Source: Candidatus Spyradenecus sp. (GTDB lineage: Bacteria; Verrucomicrobiota; Verrucomicrobiia; Opitutales; UBA953). From it: a DNA stretch of 64,000 nt. The notes beneath the pieces were generated by a model. That model saw only the letters and a list, made by a program, of their open reading frames with translations, had not been told where the DNA came from and made no database searches. Made by a program: the position numbers and the translations under genes. Location: assembly GCA_045535075.1 (NCBI GenBank), contig JAZSKX010000005.1, positions 1 to 64,000 of the forward strand, given 5' to 3'. Numbering within the stretch: position 1 is the first letter of the stretch; the number at the start of each line of letters is the position of its first letter. This document shows, in pieces, positions 30,363-41,016 of the stretch.

Positions 30363-31391
30363 TTGCGTCCGGCAATCGCTTTTATCAATCAAAAGTCAGG
30401 AACGAGCTTGTTTTCAAAGCACGCCATTCTGTTTGCGTTTTTTACGCTTGCCCCGTTTTGCCCTGCGGGAACGACGGACATTTCTGTCGTTCCCGCGGCG
30501 GAAAACCGGACTGCAACTCCCGACGGATGGAGCGACGATTTTGAGCATGCCCGCAAGCAGGCAATCAGCGAAAGCAAAGATTTGCTCGTAGCGTTTTCCG
30601 GATCCGATTGGTGCAGTTGGTGCATGATTCTTGAAGAAAACGTTTTGTCTCAAAAAACTTTTTTTCAAAAAGCTCGGGAAAACTTCGTTCCCGTTTACGT
30701 CGACCTCCCGCAAAACAAAAATCGACTCTCTCCCGCCGCCAAACGCCAAAACGCAAATCTCGCCAAACACTACCGAATCAAACGCTTTCCCGCCGTGCTC
30801 CTGATTGACGCCGACGGTGATGTTATCGCGCAAACCGGCTACCTCGAAGGCGGTCCGGAAAAATTTCTCACATCCCTTCTAAAGCTCCGGGAAGAAGGGA
30901 AAAAATCCCCGGAATACCGGACTCGAAAAACGCTTCGGGCGCTCCCGCAAACTCCGGATCGTATTCAACAGCTGGATACGATTTTGAAAGCGCTCCCGCT
31001 CCGCCTCCAAATCGCAAACAGCGAATATGTTTATGAAATTCTCGCGTATGACAAAGACGGCTCCTGCGGTTTTCGCAAAAATTATCCTTATTTCACTGAT
31101 ATTTTTCCGCTTGAGCAGGCTTTGAATGCGGAACTCTCTCGCCTCGAAAGGCTCACGGAAGAAACACTCTCGGCGCACGGAAAACCCAAAGCAAAATCCG
31201 AATACGTGAAAATTATCGTCGAGCTCGTTCGTGCCAATTCGGAACCGCTCATCACTCTGCGGGAACAAGCAAAGAAAATGCAAAAGCGCTTTCCGAAAAA
31301 CACGCCCGAGGCAGATTATATCAACCGAATTCTCGCGGAATTCGACCGCGTTTTCTCGCTTTATTTCATAGAACAAGCGCAATCTCGATAA
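30363..31391 (+). CDS. Thioredoxin-like protein with C-terminal helical region
   Basis: FSGSDWCSWC CxxC motif, cis-Pro loop RFP; start uncertain. Confidence 0.75.
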   Translation: MRPAIAFINQKSGTSLFSKHAILFAFFTLAPFCPAGTTDISVVPAAENRTATPDGWSDDFEHARKQAISESKDLLVAFSGSDWCSWCMILEENVLSQKTFFQKARENFVPVYVDLPQNKNRLSPAAKRQNANLAKHYRIKRFPAVLLIDADGDVIAQTGYLEGGPEKFLTSLLKLREEGKKSPEYRTRKTLRALPQTPDRIQQLDTILKALPLRLQIANSEYVYEILAYDKDGSCGFRKNYPYFTDIFPLEQALNAELSRLERLTEETLSAHGKPKAKSEYVKIIVELVRANSEPLITLREQAKKMQKRFPKNTPEADYINRILAEFDRVFSLYFIEQAQSR

Positions 31392-31462
31392 ACAGCCTCT
31401 CAATGAGGCGCTTTGTTCTTTCCTCTCTCAAATTCCTTCGATAAAATCCGAAACCATATCTT

Positions 31463-33985
31463 ATGAAGACTCGTATTCTATCCCCTTTATTCGCGAGCCT
31501 CGCGCTTGCGGCATTCGTTCACGCCGCTCCGGCAAAACTCCCTGCCCCGGAAAATAATATTTGGTTTAACAAAGAAGCCCAGACGTTCGACTCCAATAAC
31601 GGCTCCTTGAAAATCATTCAAGATTCCGGGCGCATGCACAACGGGCGCGGTTGGGAGTTTGAAGGGCTTCCCGTCGGGAACGGACGTATCGGCGCCATGG
31701 TGCTCGACAGCGCTTCACGGGAACGTATCGCACTCAACGAAGCGACGTTTTGGTCGGGCGGAGAAAATGCCGGCGGGAACTGTTCCGGCTACACCTACGG
31801 ACCGCTTGCCGGACGCAATCAATTCGGAAGCTACCAGCCGTTCGGGGATTTTCTCGCTGAATTTTCCGGCATTGGAGACGAACCGAAAGACTTTGTCCGT
31901 AACCTTAATCTTGAAACCGGAATCGCCAAAACGGCCTTTACTTCCAAAGGCGTAAAATACACACGTTCCGTGTTTGCCAGCCAAGAGCACAACGTCATCA
32001 CAATCATTTATAAAGCAAGTAAAAAAGGCGCTCTCTCGGGAACGTTCGCCCTCGCACCGAACCATTCCGCGAAGTTTTTTGCCCAAAGCAATAAGCTCGG
32101 AATGACGGGAACGCTCGCCAACGACATGAAATTTGCGGCTCGCGCCCAAATTATCAACAAGGGCGGGAAACTTTCCCCCGTCGGCGGGAACGCCAACATT
32201 GATGTTACCTACACCGGGAAAGGCGACAATCAGCACGCTGTTTATAACGGAGTGTCGCTCCCGCGCATTAAAGTTCAGGGTGCAGATGAAATCATCGTCG
32301 TCATCGCGTTGGCAACGGATTACGTTATGGACGCCAAGAAAAACTGGAAAGGCGCCGATCCGGTTTCAACTGCGGAAAAAACGCTCAAGGCTGCAGTTGC
32401 AGCAGCCGAAGATCCGACTGCGATGACAGCAGCGCACGTGCGTATTCATCAGAAAATGTTTAAGCGCGTTAAAGTCGACTTCGGAAAAACCGATGCAGAA
32501 ACGGCAAAACTGCCGACGCCGGAACGCTTGAAAAAATACGCAACGACGCAAAAAGATCCGGACTTGGAAGAAACGCTTTTCCAATTCGGGCGCTATTGCC
32601 TGCTTTCGTCTTCCCGCGGGAGCGCACCCGCGACGCTTCAAGGTATCTGGAACCACAAAGTTCACGCACCGTGGGCTTGCGATTACCACACCAACATTAA
32701 CATTCAGGAAGCCTACTGGCCGGCGGAAGTCTGCAATCTTTCCGAATGTGCCATGCCGCTGATTAACTGGCTCGACGCAACGCGTGAAATTTCGGCAGGC
32801 ATCACACAACGCGCATTTACGAATCACGAAGGGAAAACCCCGCGCGGATGGACGGCACGCGTCTCGCAAAATATTTTCGGAGCCGGCGGATGGACGATGT
32901 GGAATACCGTTTCCAGCGCTTGGTACGCACTTCACATTTGGGAGCATTTCGCGTTCACACAGGATAAAAAATTCCTTAAGGAACAAGGCTATCCGATGAT
33001 GAAGGAAATCTGCCATTTCTGGGAAGATATGCTTAAACCGCTCGGAGAAAACGGAGCCGGATTCAATTCCAAAGATCCGGACGCCGATCTCACGCAACTT
33101 AAAGGCATCCCGGCGGGAACGCTCGTCGCTCCGGACGGTTGGTCTCACGAATGGGGACCGGTCGAAGACGGTGTCGCGCACGACCAGCAGGTCATTTACA
33201 ATTTGTTCACTAACACGATTGAGGCGGCAAAAGTCCTCGGTGTTGATAAAAAATGGGCAGACGAACTCACGAAGAAGCGTGATTTGCTTTACGGGAACAA
33301 AATTTCGAAAAACGGCTACCTGCAGGAATGGATGATTGACCGCCCGGACAAAGTCAGCGGACATCGCCACACCTCGCACCTTTTTGCCGTTTATCCGGGA
33401 AGCCAAATTTCTATGGCAAAGACACCGGAACTCGCGGAAGCAGCAAAGAAATCTTTGGAGTTGCGCGGAACAACCGGGGATTCCCGCCGCTCGTGGTCAT
33501 GGCCGTGGCGCACGGCTCTTTGGGCTCGCTTCAAAGAAGGCGATAAAGCCCACGAAATGATTCAAGGGTTGCTGACGTACAACACGTTGCCGAACCTGCT
33601 GACAACGCACGAGCCGTTCCAAATGGACGGGAATTTCGCCTTCCCGGCAGCCGTCGCGGAAATGCTTGTTCAGTCGCATGCCGGAGAAATTGAATTGCTC
33701 CCGGCTCCTTGTTCCGCATGGAAAAGCGGTAAGGTTTCCGGCTTAAAGGCTCGCGGGAACATCACGGTTTCGTTTGAATGGAAAGACGGTCGCGTCAATC
33801 CGAACAAGATTAAACTTGTCTCGCCGAAAGAGCAAAAAGTCACACTTGTTGTTAACGGTAAAAAATATCGTGTAAAAACTGTAGCCGAAAAGAAAACTAA
33901 AACAAAAGCCGCAACGCCGAAAAAAGGAAAATCCAAGGCCACTAAATCCAAGTCAACGACAAAGAAAAAGTCGCTTCAGGATTAG
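31463..33985 (+). CDS. Secreted GH95 alpha-L-fucosidase
   Basis: LPVGNGRIGAM, FQFGRY.L, LQGIWN, DYHTNINIQ..YW, HRHTSHL, FQMDGNF; signal peptide. Confidence 0.92.
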   Translation: MKTRILSPLFASLALAAFVHAAPAKLPAPENNIWFNKEAQTFDSNNGSLKIIQDSGRMHNGRGWEFEGLPVGNGRIGAMVLDSASRERIALNEATFWSGGENAGGNCSGYTYGPLAGRNQFGSYQPFGDFLAEFSGIGDEPKDFVRNLNLETGIAKTAFTSKGVKYTRSVFASQEHNVITIIYKASKKGALSGTFALAPNHSAKFFAQSNKLGMTGTLANDMKFAARAQIINKGGKLSPVGGNANIDVTYTGKGDNQHAVYNGVSLPRIKVQGADEIIVVIALATDYVMDAKKNWKGADPVSTAEKTLKAAVAAAEDPTAMTAAHVRIHQKMFKRVKVDFGKTDAETAKLPTPERLKKYATTQKDPDLEETLFQFGRYCLLSSSRGSAPATLQGIWNHKVHAPWACDYHTNINIQEAYWPAEVCNLSECAMPLINWLDATREISAGITQRAFTNHEGKTPRGWTARVSQNIFGAGGWTMWNTVSSAWYALHIWEHFAFTQDKKFLKEQGYPMMKEICHFWEDMLKPLGENGAGFNSKDPDADLTQLKGIPAGTLVAPDGWSHEWGPVEDGVAHDQQVIYNLFTNTIEAAKVLGVDKKWADELTKKRDLLYGNKISKNGYLQEWMIDRPDKVSGHRHTSHLFAVYPGSQISMAKTPELAEAAKKSLELRGTTGDSRRSWSWPWRTALWARFKEGDKAHEMIQGLLTYNTLPNLLTTHEPFQMDGNFAFPAAVAEMLVQSHAGEIELLPAPCSAWKSGKVSGLKARGNITVSFEWKDGRVNPNKIKLVSPKEQKVTLVVNGKKYRVKTVAEKKTKTKAATPKKGKSKATKSKSTTKKKSLQD

Positions 33986-33996
33986 CTTCAATGAGA

Positions 33997-34028
33997 GTTC
34001 CCGTGAGTTTTTTCACGGGAACATTTTT
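33997..34028 (+). terminator. Terminator after GH95, inverted motif pair
   Basis: GTTCCCGTGA-GTTTTT-TCACGGGAAC-ATTTTT. Confidence 0.8.
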
Positions 34029-34079
34029 ATAGGATTCGGCGTTGCTCCCGTGCTTCCGTTCTCTTAAAACATTGCAAAA

Positions 34080-34742
34080 ATGAGTCTGCATAAAAAAATT
34101 CTTTCCCCGTCCATTCTTGCCGCCGACCACGCGGCACTCGCCGAAGGCTTGAAAATTGTCGTCGAAAACAATCTCGAGTGGATTCACCTCGATATTATGG
34201 ACGGCAATTTTGTGCCGAATATTTCGTTCGGACCGCAAGTCGTCAAAGATTTACGCAAGCGCAACACGTCGCTTTTTTTCGACACGCACCTCATGCTCGC
34301 GCGTCCGGATAAGTACATTGAAAAATTCATCGATGCCGGCTCTCAGCTCGTAACAGTTCACGTTGAGCCGGAATACGATGTCGCGGGAACACTAAAACGC
34401 ATTCGCGAACTCGGAAGCCAATCCGGTATTTCGCTCAACCCGGATACTCCGGTAGAGCGCATCTTCCCGTATCTGGAAGCGGTCGATCTCGTACTCGTGA
34501 TGTCGGTTTTTCCGGGATTCGGCGGGCAATCCTTCATCGATAGCGTGCTTCCTAAAATTGAAGCCCTCGCACGGGAACGCGATGCCCGCGGATTATGCTT
34601 CCGCATTGAAGTCGACGGCGGTGTTGATTCGCGTACCGCTCCGCTTTGCCTTGAGGCGGGAGCAGACACGCTTGTCGCGGGAACGGCATTTTTCAAGGCA
34701 CCCGACAAGCCGGCATTTGTCCGTCTCTGCCAGGGCGAATAG
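34080..34742 (+). CDS. rpe: Ribulose-phosphate 3-epimerase
   Basis: PSIL, HLDIMDGNFVPN, MSVFPGFGGQ, EVDGG. Confidence 0.97.
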   Translation: MSLHKKILSPSILAADHAALAEGLKIVVENNLEWIHLDIMDGNFVPNISFGPQVVKDLRKRNTSLFFDTHLMLARPDKYIEKFIDAGSQLVTVHVEPEYDVAGTLKRIRELGSQSGISLNPDTPVERIFPYLEAVDLVLVMSVFPGFGGQSFIDSVLPKIEALARERDARGLCFRIEVDGGVDSRTAPLCLEAGADTLVAGTAFFKAPDKPAFVRLCQGE

Positions 34743-34751
34743 CACGCAACA

Positions 34752-35879
34752 ATGTTTCCGAAAGACCAACCCGCCAAATTCAAGTCCGGACGAAACGGAT
34801 TTTGGCGGGATGTTCCCGACTGCGAATGGAATTCGTGGCAATGGCAAATGCAAAACCGCATTACGTCGCGGGAACAGCTTGAAACATTTTTGTCGCTCAC
34901 GGAAGAAGAACGGCGCGGTCTCGCCGCCGCAGGAAATCGCTTGGCGTTTGCCGTTACACCGCATTTTTTTAATTTAATCGATTTCGACAATCCGGATGAT
35001 CCGTTGCGCCGCCAAGTCGTTCCCGTCGAAAAAGAAACTCATATTGCGCCCGGCGAACAAAGCGATCCGGTCGGAGAAGAAAAAAACTCTCCCGTTCCCG
35101 GCTTGGTCCATCGCTATCCGGATCGCGTACTTTTGCTCGCGACGGATCGCTGCGCGAGCTACTGCCGCTTTTGCACGCGTTCCCGCCTTGTCTCCGGAGC
35201 AAGCGGTTACTGTTTTCATCCGCAAATTGATGATGCAATTAAATATATTTCCGAGCACAAATCCGTCCGTGACGTCCTCATTTCCGGCGGCGACCCGCTT
35301 CTGCTTTCAAACGAAAAAATCGATGTTCTGCTAAGCCGCTTGCGGGCAATTCCGCATATTGAATTCATTCGCATCGGAACGCGTGTTCCCGTGTTTCTTC
35401 CGCAACGTATCACGCCGGAGCTTTGCAAAATTTTCGAAAAACACGGTGCCGTTTGGATGAGCATCCACGTTAATCATCCGAATGAAATCTCCCGAGAAAC
35501 TGCAAGCGCGCTTGAAAAACTTGCGTTTTCGGGAATCGTTCTCGGCAGTCAAAGCGTCTTACTTCAAGGCATAAATGACAATGCAGAAACAATGCGCTCG
35601 CTTGTCCATCGCCTTTTGCAGGTGCGTGTACGCCCCTATTATCTTTATGCCTGTGATCCGATTTGCGGTTCATCACATTGGCGCGTTCCCGTGAAAAAAG
35701 GCATCGAAATTATCCGTTCATTGCGCGGCTGGACCAGCGGTTATGCCGTCCCTCAATTCGTCATCGACGCGCCCGGCGGAGGGGGAAAAATTCCGATAAA
35801 TCCGAACTACATTGAGGAATTTACGCCCGACGGAAAAGTAACGCTTCGCAATTTCTGCGGAAAAACGTTTTTTTACTAA
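34752..35879 (+). CDS. KamA-family radical SAM aminomutase
   Basis: HRYPDRVL, CASYCRFCTR, SGGDP, HVNHP, QSVLL.GIND, PYY, DAPGGGGK. Confidence 0.92.
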   Translation: MFPKDQPAKFKSGRNGFWRDVPDCEWNSWQWQMQNRITSREQLETFLSLTEEERRGLAAAGNRLAFAVTPHFFNLIDFDNPDDPLRRQVVPVEKETHIAPGEQSDPVGEEKNSPVPGLVHRYPDRVLLLATDRCASYCRFCTRSRLVSGASGYCFHPQIDDAIKYISEHKSVRDVLISGGDPLLLSNEKIDVLLSRLRAIPHIEFIRIGTRVPVFLPQRITPELCKIFEKHGAVWMSIHVNHPNEISRETASALEKLAFSGIVLGSQSVLLQGINDNAETMRSLVHRLLQVRVRPYYLYACDPICGSSHWRVPVKKGIEIIRSLRGWTSGYAVPQFVIDAPGGGGKIPINPNYIEEFTPDGKVTLRNFCGKTFFY

Positions 35880-35887
35880 TAAACAAA

Positions 35888-35915
35888 ACCTTGGGATCTC
35901 GAACAATCCCAAGGT
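35888..35915. terminator. Hairpin between convergent kamA-like and autotransporter genes (not motif-based)
   Basis: Perfect 10-bp ACCTTGGGAT/ATCCCAAGGT. Confidence 0.7.
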
Positions 35916-35939
35916 ATATCGTTGCCCTAGCCTGATATA

Positions 35940-38060
35940 TTAAAATCGCCAGCCGACGCTCGTGTAAAAATCGTGTTCCTCGACGGCTCCGCCGCTTGTG
36001 TAGGCGTATCCGGCGGAAAGATTTAAGGAATTCGTCAATGCGATACTCCAATCCGCGCTCAGCTCCACAAAACTTTGGTCGCCGCTGTTTCCGTAAACAT
36101 TCGCAAAACTTCCTGCACGGCTCACGCTCAGATCTGCAGCATCGTCCGAAGAGCGGCATATCCAAGCCAAACCGATTGTTAGCCGATTTTCCATACCGAC
36201 GATATTAAAATTGCCGTATAAACGCACACCGGGCTTGATTTCCGCCTCGCTGAAATCCGCGCTTCCGTATACGTTGCCGCGATCGGAAAACCCGTCTGAC
36301 TCATAGTACATATATGCGAGTGAGACGTAGGGATTGATGCCGAATTGAGATAAAAGTTCAAAGTTTGTTCCCGCTTCACATTGTAAATACCAAATGGAGG
36401 AATCAAAACTTCCGGTATAATTCGTACCGGAGACGCGCCTCGTCAACTCATTATCGCCCAAATTCAGTCCGCCTTGAACAAGCGCGTACGTTCCCGCGTC
36501 CGTAATCGGAAAAAAGAAAAACGCATTTACTCCCCACGCCTCCGTCTCAATCTTCGAGCCGGCTCCTTGCGTCTCGCCCTCACCAAGTTCAAGCGCCACA
36601 CCAAGCGTACCCAGCGAAAGTACATTTTTCGCGCCGAGCCATGCGGCTCCGTAATCATAATCGTAGCCGTTATACCCGTCGTCTTCGGCCACATCTCCGC
36701 TCTGTCCGAAATATGCGAAAGAAATTTCCCACCCGAAATCTTCCGGATTTTCCGTTTGTGTTCCCGTCGACCCGCTCACCAACGCGTCGTCTGTCGCCGC
36801 CTGAAGAACACGTCTTTCTCTCGGCATATAAGATGCCGTTTGCGTTCCCGCCGGCCCGCCATTAGCGCTTCCCGTAATTTCATTCATTAAAAACCGCGTA
36901 GTTTGATTCGCTGTTGCCCGAATACGGGCAATCGTCGAATGCGCCGCAGACGCGACAAGTTCTCCGGTTGCGGCTCCGGCATTATTTCGCGCCGCGCCGT
37001 AAGTTGCTGTATTCAATGCTTCGCGATAGCCGAGCGTCAGAGCGGAATCAGAGTTCCCGCCGATGGAAGCCGTTGCCTCCGCATCCGTTTTGGGGCGCAT
37101 TTGTACCGCAAGCGCGCTGTAAGCATTCCCGGAAAGCGCTCCGTCAAGAATCAAAGTTTCAATTTTCCCGAACGGCGTGTCGCCGACAATAATTCCCGCA
37201 TTTACAATATTTCGGAAGACGCCCTTATCCGCAGCATTGACGACCAGCAGGTTGGTCGGATTCTGCAAATTTTTTGAGGCAATTACTCCCTCCAAAACGA
37301 TTTTCGTTCCCGCCTTAATCGTAAGATTTTTGACACCCGTCAAATCCACGCTTCCGAATGATTGAGTTCGCGCGCTGAATTCCAATCGAATTTCCCTGCC
37401 AAGCGTTACGTTGCCGCCAAGACGCTGATTCACTCCGGATTCGACAACAATTCCGCCCGAAAAAATATTTTGCGTATCGGTTCCGAATTGAACTTGCGAA
37501 CCTTCTCTAAAATATGCCTTTCCGCCGATGGTATTTTTTGCATTTCGAATGAAATCAATACCTGCCCCGTTTTCAAAAACGACGTTCCCGCCGCGTGATA
37601 AATCCAAGCCGCCGTCCAACTCGTAATTTCCCCGCCGAAAAACAACCCGATCATCATTATCCGCAAGGTAAATATCATTCGGCGCTCCCGCCGCCGTATT
37701 TCCGGAAAACCGTGTTGTTCCGTTGCCGCTTCCCGCGAAAACGACATCGTCATCCGCCCAAATCGCTCCGCCTTTGCCTTCTGCGCGGTTGTTTTTAAAA
37801 ATAATCGCTCCCGAAACACCCAATTCGTCTTGAGCATAGATAACGCCCCCGTTCCCGCTCACTGCGAAATTTTCGTAGGTTTTCCCGTCTCCTCTCAGAA
37901 AAAAATCATCGTTCACGGCAAACGCGCCTCCGTTGCCGAAACGACCTCCGGAGCCTGTCGGCAAAGCCAAAGAAGCCGAGAAGGCGTCAGCGTTCCCGCA
38001 GAACAAAGCCGACGCAGCAGCAATTAATACAAGAGAGATTTTTTTGGAATTTAATTTCAT
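35940..38060 (-). CDS. Autotransporter-domain outer membrane protein with Pmp-like GGA(I)/FxxN motifs
   Basis: Signal peptide MKLNSKK..., GGAF/GGVI/GGAI and FKNN/FSGN motifs, C-terminal beta-barrel ending GWRF. Confidence 0.8.
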   Translation of the reverse strand: MKLNSKKISLVLIAAASALFCGNADAFSASLALPTGSGGRFGNGGAFAVNDDFFLRGDGKTYENFAVSGNGGVIYAQDELGVSGAIIFKNNRAEGKGGAIWADDDVVFAGSGNGTTRFSGNTAAGAPNDIYLADNDDRVVFRRGNYELDGGLDLSRGGNVVFENGAGIDFIRNAKNTIGGKAYFREGSQVQFGTDTQNIFSGGIVVESGVNQRLGGNVTLGREIRLEFSARTQSFGSVDLTGVKNLTIKAGTKIVLEGVIASKNLQNPTNLLVVNAADKGVFRNIVNAGIIVGDTPFGKIETLILDGALSGNAYSALAVQMRPKTDAEATASIGGNSDSALTLGYREALNTATYGAARNNAGAATGELVASAAHSTIARIRATANQTTRFLMNEITGSANGGPAGTQTASYMPRERRVLQAATDDALVSGSTGTQTENPEDFGWEISFAYFGQSGDVAEDDGYNGYDYDYGAAWLGAKNVLSLGTLGVALELGEGETQGAGSKIETEAWGVNAFFFFPITDAGTYALVQGGLNLGDNELTRRVSGTNYTGSFDSSIWYLQCEAGTNFELLSQFGINPYVSLAYMYYESDGFSDRGNVYGSADFSEAEIKPGVRLYGNFNIVGMENRLTIGLAWICRSSDDAADLSVSRAGSFANVYGNSGDQSFVELSADWSIALTNSLNLSAGYAYTSGGAVEEHDFYTSVGWRF

Positions 38061-38201
38061 AGGACTTCTTATCTTGAAAGGAATCACACAAAACAACAAT
38101 AGTCGCAGACTAAAAATCGGATTTCACAAAAGCAAATATATTCTACCTTCACGGTAGTATTAATCACCCGTTCCCGCTCGCCGGGTAATACTTCTCAAAA
38201 C

Positions 38202-38241
38202 AAAAAAAGCGTTCCCGTGATTTACTTTTCACGGGAACGCT
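38202..38241 (-). terminator. Terminator after pnp, inverted motif pair
   Basis: AAAAAAAGCGTTCCCGTGA...TCACGGGAACGCT; U tract on minus strand. Confidence 0.9.
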
Positions 38242-38260
38242 CTTCTAAGTTCTCTCTCGT

Positions 38261-40486
38261 TTAGTCGCGGCGCGGACGGCGCGGGCCGCGGTCATGGCGA
38301 TCGCCGCGACGCGGACGATCTCCGCGCGGTTCTGCCGCTTTCGGTTCGTACGGACGACCTTCCTTTTCGGCGATCGCAGCACGGCGGGAAAGGCGAACGC
38401 GTCCTTTTTCGTCGATGCCGACGCACTTGACGATGATTTCATCGCCAAGTTTGCAAAGGTCTTCGACTTTTTCGAGGCGTTCTTCGGTAAGCTCGGAAAT
38501 GTGAACCAAGCCTTCCTGACCCGGCAGACATTCGACGAAACAACCGAATTCCTTAATCGAGCGGACAATTCCTTTATAGGTTTTTCCGGATTCAATCGTT
38601 GCGGCAACGAGGTTAACTTCGTTGATGGCAAGTTGCATGGATTCTTCGCTCGTCGCAAAAATGTCGACGCGACCGGAATTGTCTTCGTTGATGTCGATTT
38701 GCGCGCCGGAAAGTTCGCAGATGCGGCGAATATTTTTTCCGCCCGGACCGATGAGTGCGCCGATCTTGTCAGACGGAATCATCATCGTATGGATACGCGG
38801 AGCTGTCGGTTTGACGGTTTCGCTCGGAGCCGCCTTCGCTTCCGTAATCATGCCGAGAATCGCATCGCGTGCAACGCGGTTTTGCTTAATCGCTTCCTTC
38901 GCGATTTCAATCGGCAAGCCGTGAATTTTGAGGTCAAGCTGGAAGCCCGTGATACCGGCAGACGTTCCGCAAATTTTGAAGTCCATGTCGCCGAAGTGGT
39001 CTTCAGAACCGATAATATCCGTGAGGACGACGTGTTTGACGATTTTTCCGTTTTCGTCGGGAAGCGTTACCAAGCCGCAGGAAATCCCGGCGACGGGAGC
39101 GCTGATCGGAACACCGGCATCCATGAGCGCGAGCGTGCCGCCGCAAACGGAAGCCATCGACGTCGAACCGTTCGACTCCATGATTTCGGAGGAGAGGCGA
39201 ATTGAGTACGGGAAATCCTCTTCGCTCGGAAGCACGGGAACGAGCGAGCGTTCCGCAAGTGCGCCGTGGCCGATTTCGCGGCGACCGGGCGAGCCGAATT
39301 TGCCGCATTCACCGACGGAGAACGGCGGGAAGTTGTAGTGCAAAATAAAGGTTTTCGACTTCGGACCGCCGGCGAGACCGTCGAGTTCCTGAGCATCTTT
39401 CGAGGTGCCGAGCGTCGCGATGACGAGCGCCTGCGTTTCACCGCGTTGGAAAAGTCCCGTTCCGTGAACGCTCGGAAGCACGTCCGTCTTGCAGGAAATC
39501 GGGCGAAGCTGGTCGAGCGAGCGACCGTCGGCTCGAACGCCTTTGTTCAAAATGCCTTCGCGATAAACTTTTTCCTGAAGTTCTTCAAACGCGATGTTGA
39601 CGTGGCGCGGGTCGATATTTTCTTCTCCGAGAGCCGCGATGACGGCTTCCTTGGCTTCCGCTTTAACCGCGCTGACGGCGTTCCCGCGTTCCTGTTTTCC
39701 CGGAAGATAAACGGCTTTCGCGAGCTTGTCGTCCGTATTCGCGATTTTTTCGCAGATTTCAAAAACTTTCGGATCGCAGATAACGAGCGGAAATTCCTTC
39801 TTCGGCTTGGCGACCTTTGCCGCGAGTTCGCGCTGAGCGGCAATGATTTTCTGAATCGCGTTCTGCGCAAATTCAAGCGCTTCGACGAAACGATCATCCG
39901 GCATTTGGTCGGCAGAGCCTTCGATCATCATCATGTCTTCTTCGTTGCCGACATAAACGAGGTCGAGCGTCGATTCGTCCATTTGCGCGTGAGTCGGATT
40001 GACGACGAATTCACCGTTGACTTCGCCGATGCGCACGCCGGCAATCGGGCCGTTCCACGGAATGTCGGAGCAAAGGAGCGCGGCGGAAGCGCCGTTGATC
40101 ATAAGCACGTCCGGATCGGTTACTTTGTCCGTCGCGAGCAACAGACCGATGACCTGCACTTCGTTCATGAAGCCTTTCGGGAAAAGCGGGCGAAGCGGGC
40201 GGTCCACCTGGCGGGAAGTCAAAATTTCCTTTTCGGACGGGCGACCTTCGCGCTTGAAGTAACCGCCCGGGAAACGTCCTGCTGCGGCAAATTTTTCGCG
40301 ATAATCAACGGTAAGCGGGAAAAAATCCTGGTCCGGGGAGCGCAGTTCGTTTGCCGCAGTTGCGGTAACGAGCACTTCCGTTCCGCCGACCGAAACGGTA
40401 ACGGCGCCGTTGGCTTGGCGGGCAATCGAGCCCGTGCTGATTGTGAGACCGTATTCTTCGATCGTCACGCTGTATTCTTGTTGCAT
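38261..40486 (-). CDS. pnp: Polyribonucleotide nucleotidyltransferase
   Basis: [32 protein letters not shown] and S1 domains; start MQQEYS. Confidence 0.98.
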   Translation of the reverse strand: MQQEYSVTIEEYGLTISTGSIARQANGAVTVSVGGTEVLVTATAANELRSPDQDFFPLTVDYREKFAAAGRFPGGYFKREGRPSEKEILTSRQVDRPLRPLFPKGFMNEVQVIGLLLATDKVTDPDVLMINGASAALLCSDIPWNGPIAGVRIGEVNGEFVVNPTHAQMDESTLDLVYVGNEEDMMMIEGSADQMPDDRFVEALEFAQNAIQKIIAAQRELAAKVAKPKKEFPLVICDPKVFEICEKIANTDDKLAKAVYLPGKQERGNAVSAVKAEAKEAVIAALGEENIDPRHVNIAFEELQEKVYREGILNKGVRADGRSLDQLRPISCKTDVLPSVHGTGLFQRGETQALVIATLGTSKDAQELDGLAGGPKSKTFILHYNFPPFSVGECGKFGSPGRREIGHGALAERSLVPVLPSEEDFPYSIRLSSEIMESNGSTSMASVCGGTLALMDAGVPISAPVAGISCGLVTLPDENGKIVKHVVLTDIIGSEDHFGDMDFKICGTSAGITGFQLDLKIHGLPIEIAKEAIKQNRVARDAILGMITEAKAAPSETVKPTAPRIHTMMIPSDKIGALIGPGGKNIRRICELSGAQIDINEDNSGRVDIFATSEESMQLAINEVNLVAATIESGKTYKGIVRSIKEFGCFVECLPGQEGLVHISELTEERLEKVEDLCKLGDEIIVKCVGIDEKGRVRLSRRAAIAEKEGRPYEPKAAEPRGDRPRRGDRHDRGPRRPRRD

Positions 40487-40604
40487 ATTGTTTTGTCTCT
40501 TTCTTGTGTTCCCGCGGGATTGCAGGAACGGGTTGTTTTTATTTTTGTACGAAAATCTTAGGGGAAAACGGAAAATCGCAGAAACGCGAGATACGAAAAA
40601 AAGC

Positions 40605-40644
40605 AAAAGAGCGTTCCCGTCAAAAAGTCGGGAACGCTCTTTTT
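40605..40644 (-). terminator. Terminator/attenuator between rpsO and pnp, inverted motif pair
   Basis: AAAAGAGCGTTCCCG-TCAAAAAGT-CGGGAACGCTCTTTT. Confidence 0.85.
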
Positions 40645-40651
40645 CGTCGCA

Positions 40652-40909
40652 CTATCGGCGAAGCCCGAGCTTCTGGATAATCGCTTCGTAAGCTTCGAGC
40701 TTATTCTTTTTGAGATAGTTGAGAAGCTTGCGGCGACGATTCGTCAGCGCGATCAGACCGTGGCGGCTGTGGAAGTCTTTCTTGTGCGTGCGGAGGTGCT
40801 CGGTAAGGTGAGCGATGCGCGCAGAAAGAAGAGCAATTTGAACTTCGGAAGAACCCGTGTCCTTATCGCTGAGTTTGTAGTTATTGATGATTTCGGATTT
40901 GTTGTACAT
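40652..40909 (-). CDS. rpsO: 30S ribosomal protein S15
   Basis: [35 protein letters not shown]; start MYNKSE. Confidence 0.98.
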   Translation of the reverse strand: MYNKSEIINNYKLSDKDTGSSEVQIALLSARIAHLTEHLRTHKKDFHSRHGLIALTNRRRKLLNYLKKNKLEAYEAIIQKLGLRR

Positions 40910-40928
40910 AGCTTGTTGTTTTGTTTTC

Positions 40929-41016
40929 AGAGCTGAATGGCTTTCCCGAAGGGGAATTCCGCGTCCCGGACCCGAAAGTCTGAAGCGCCGTCTCACGGCA
41001 AAATTGCCGCAACTCC
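40929..41016 (-). promoter_or_regulatory. Candidate structured rpsO leader RNA
   Basis: Three short hairpins enclosed by a GGAGTTG/CAGCTCT closing stem, directly upstream of the S15 start; folded by hand. Confidence 0.4.
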
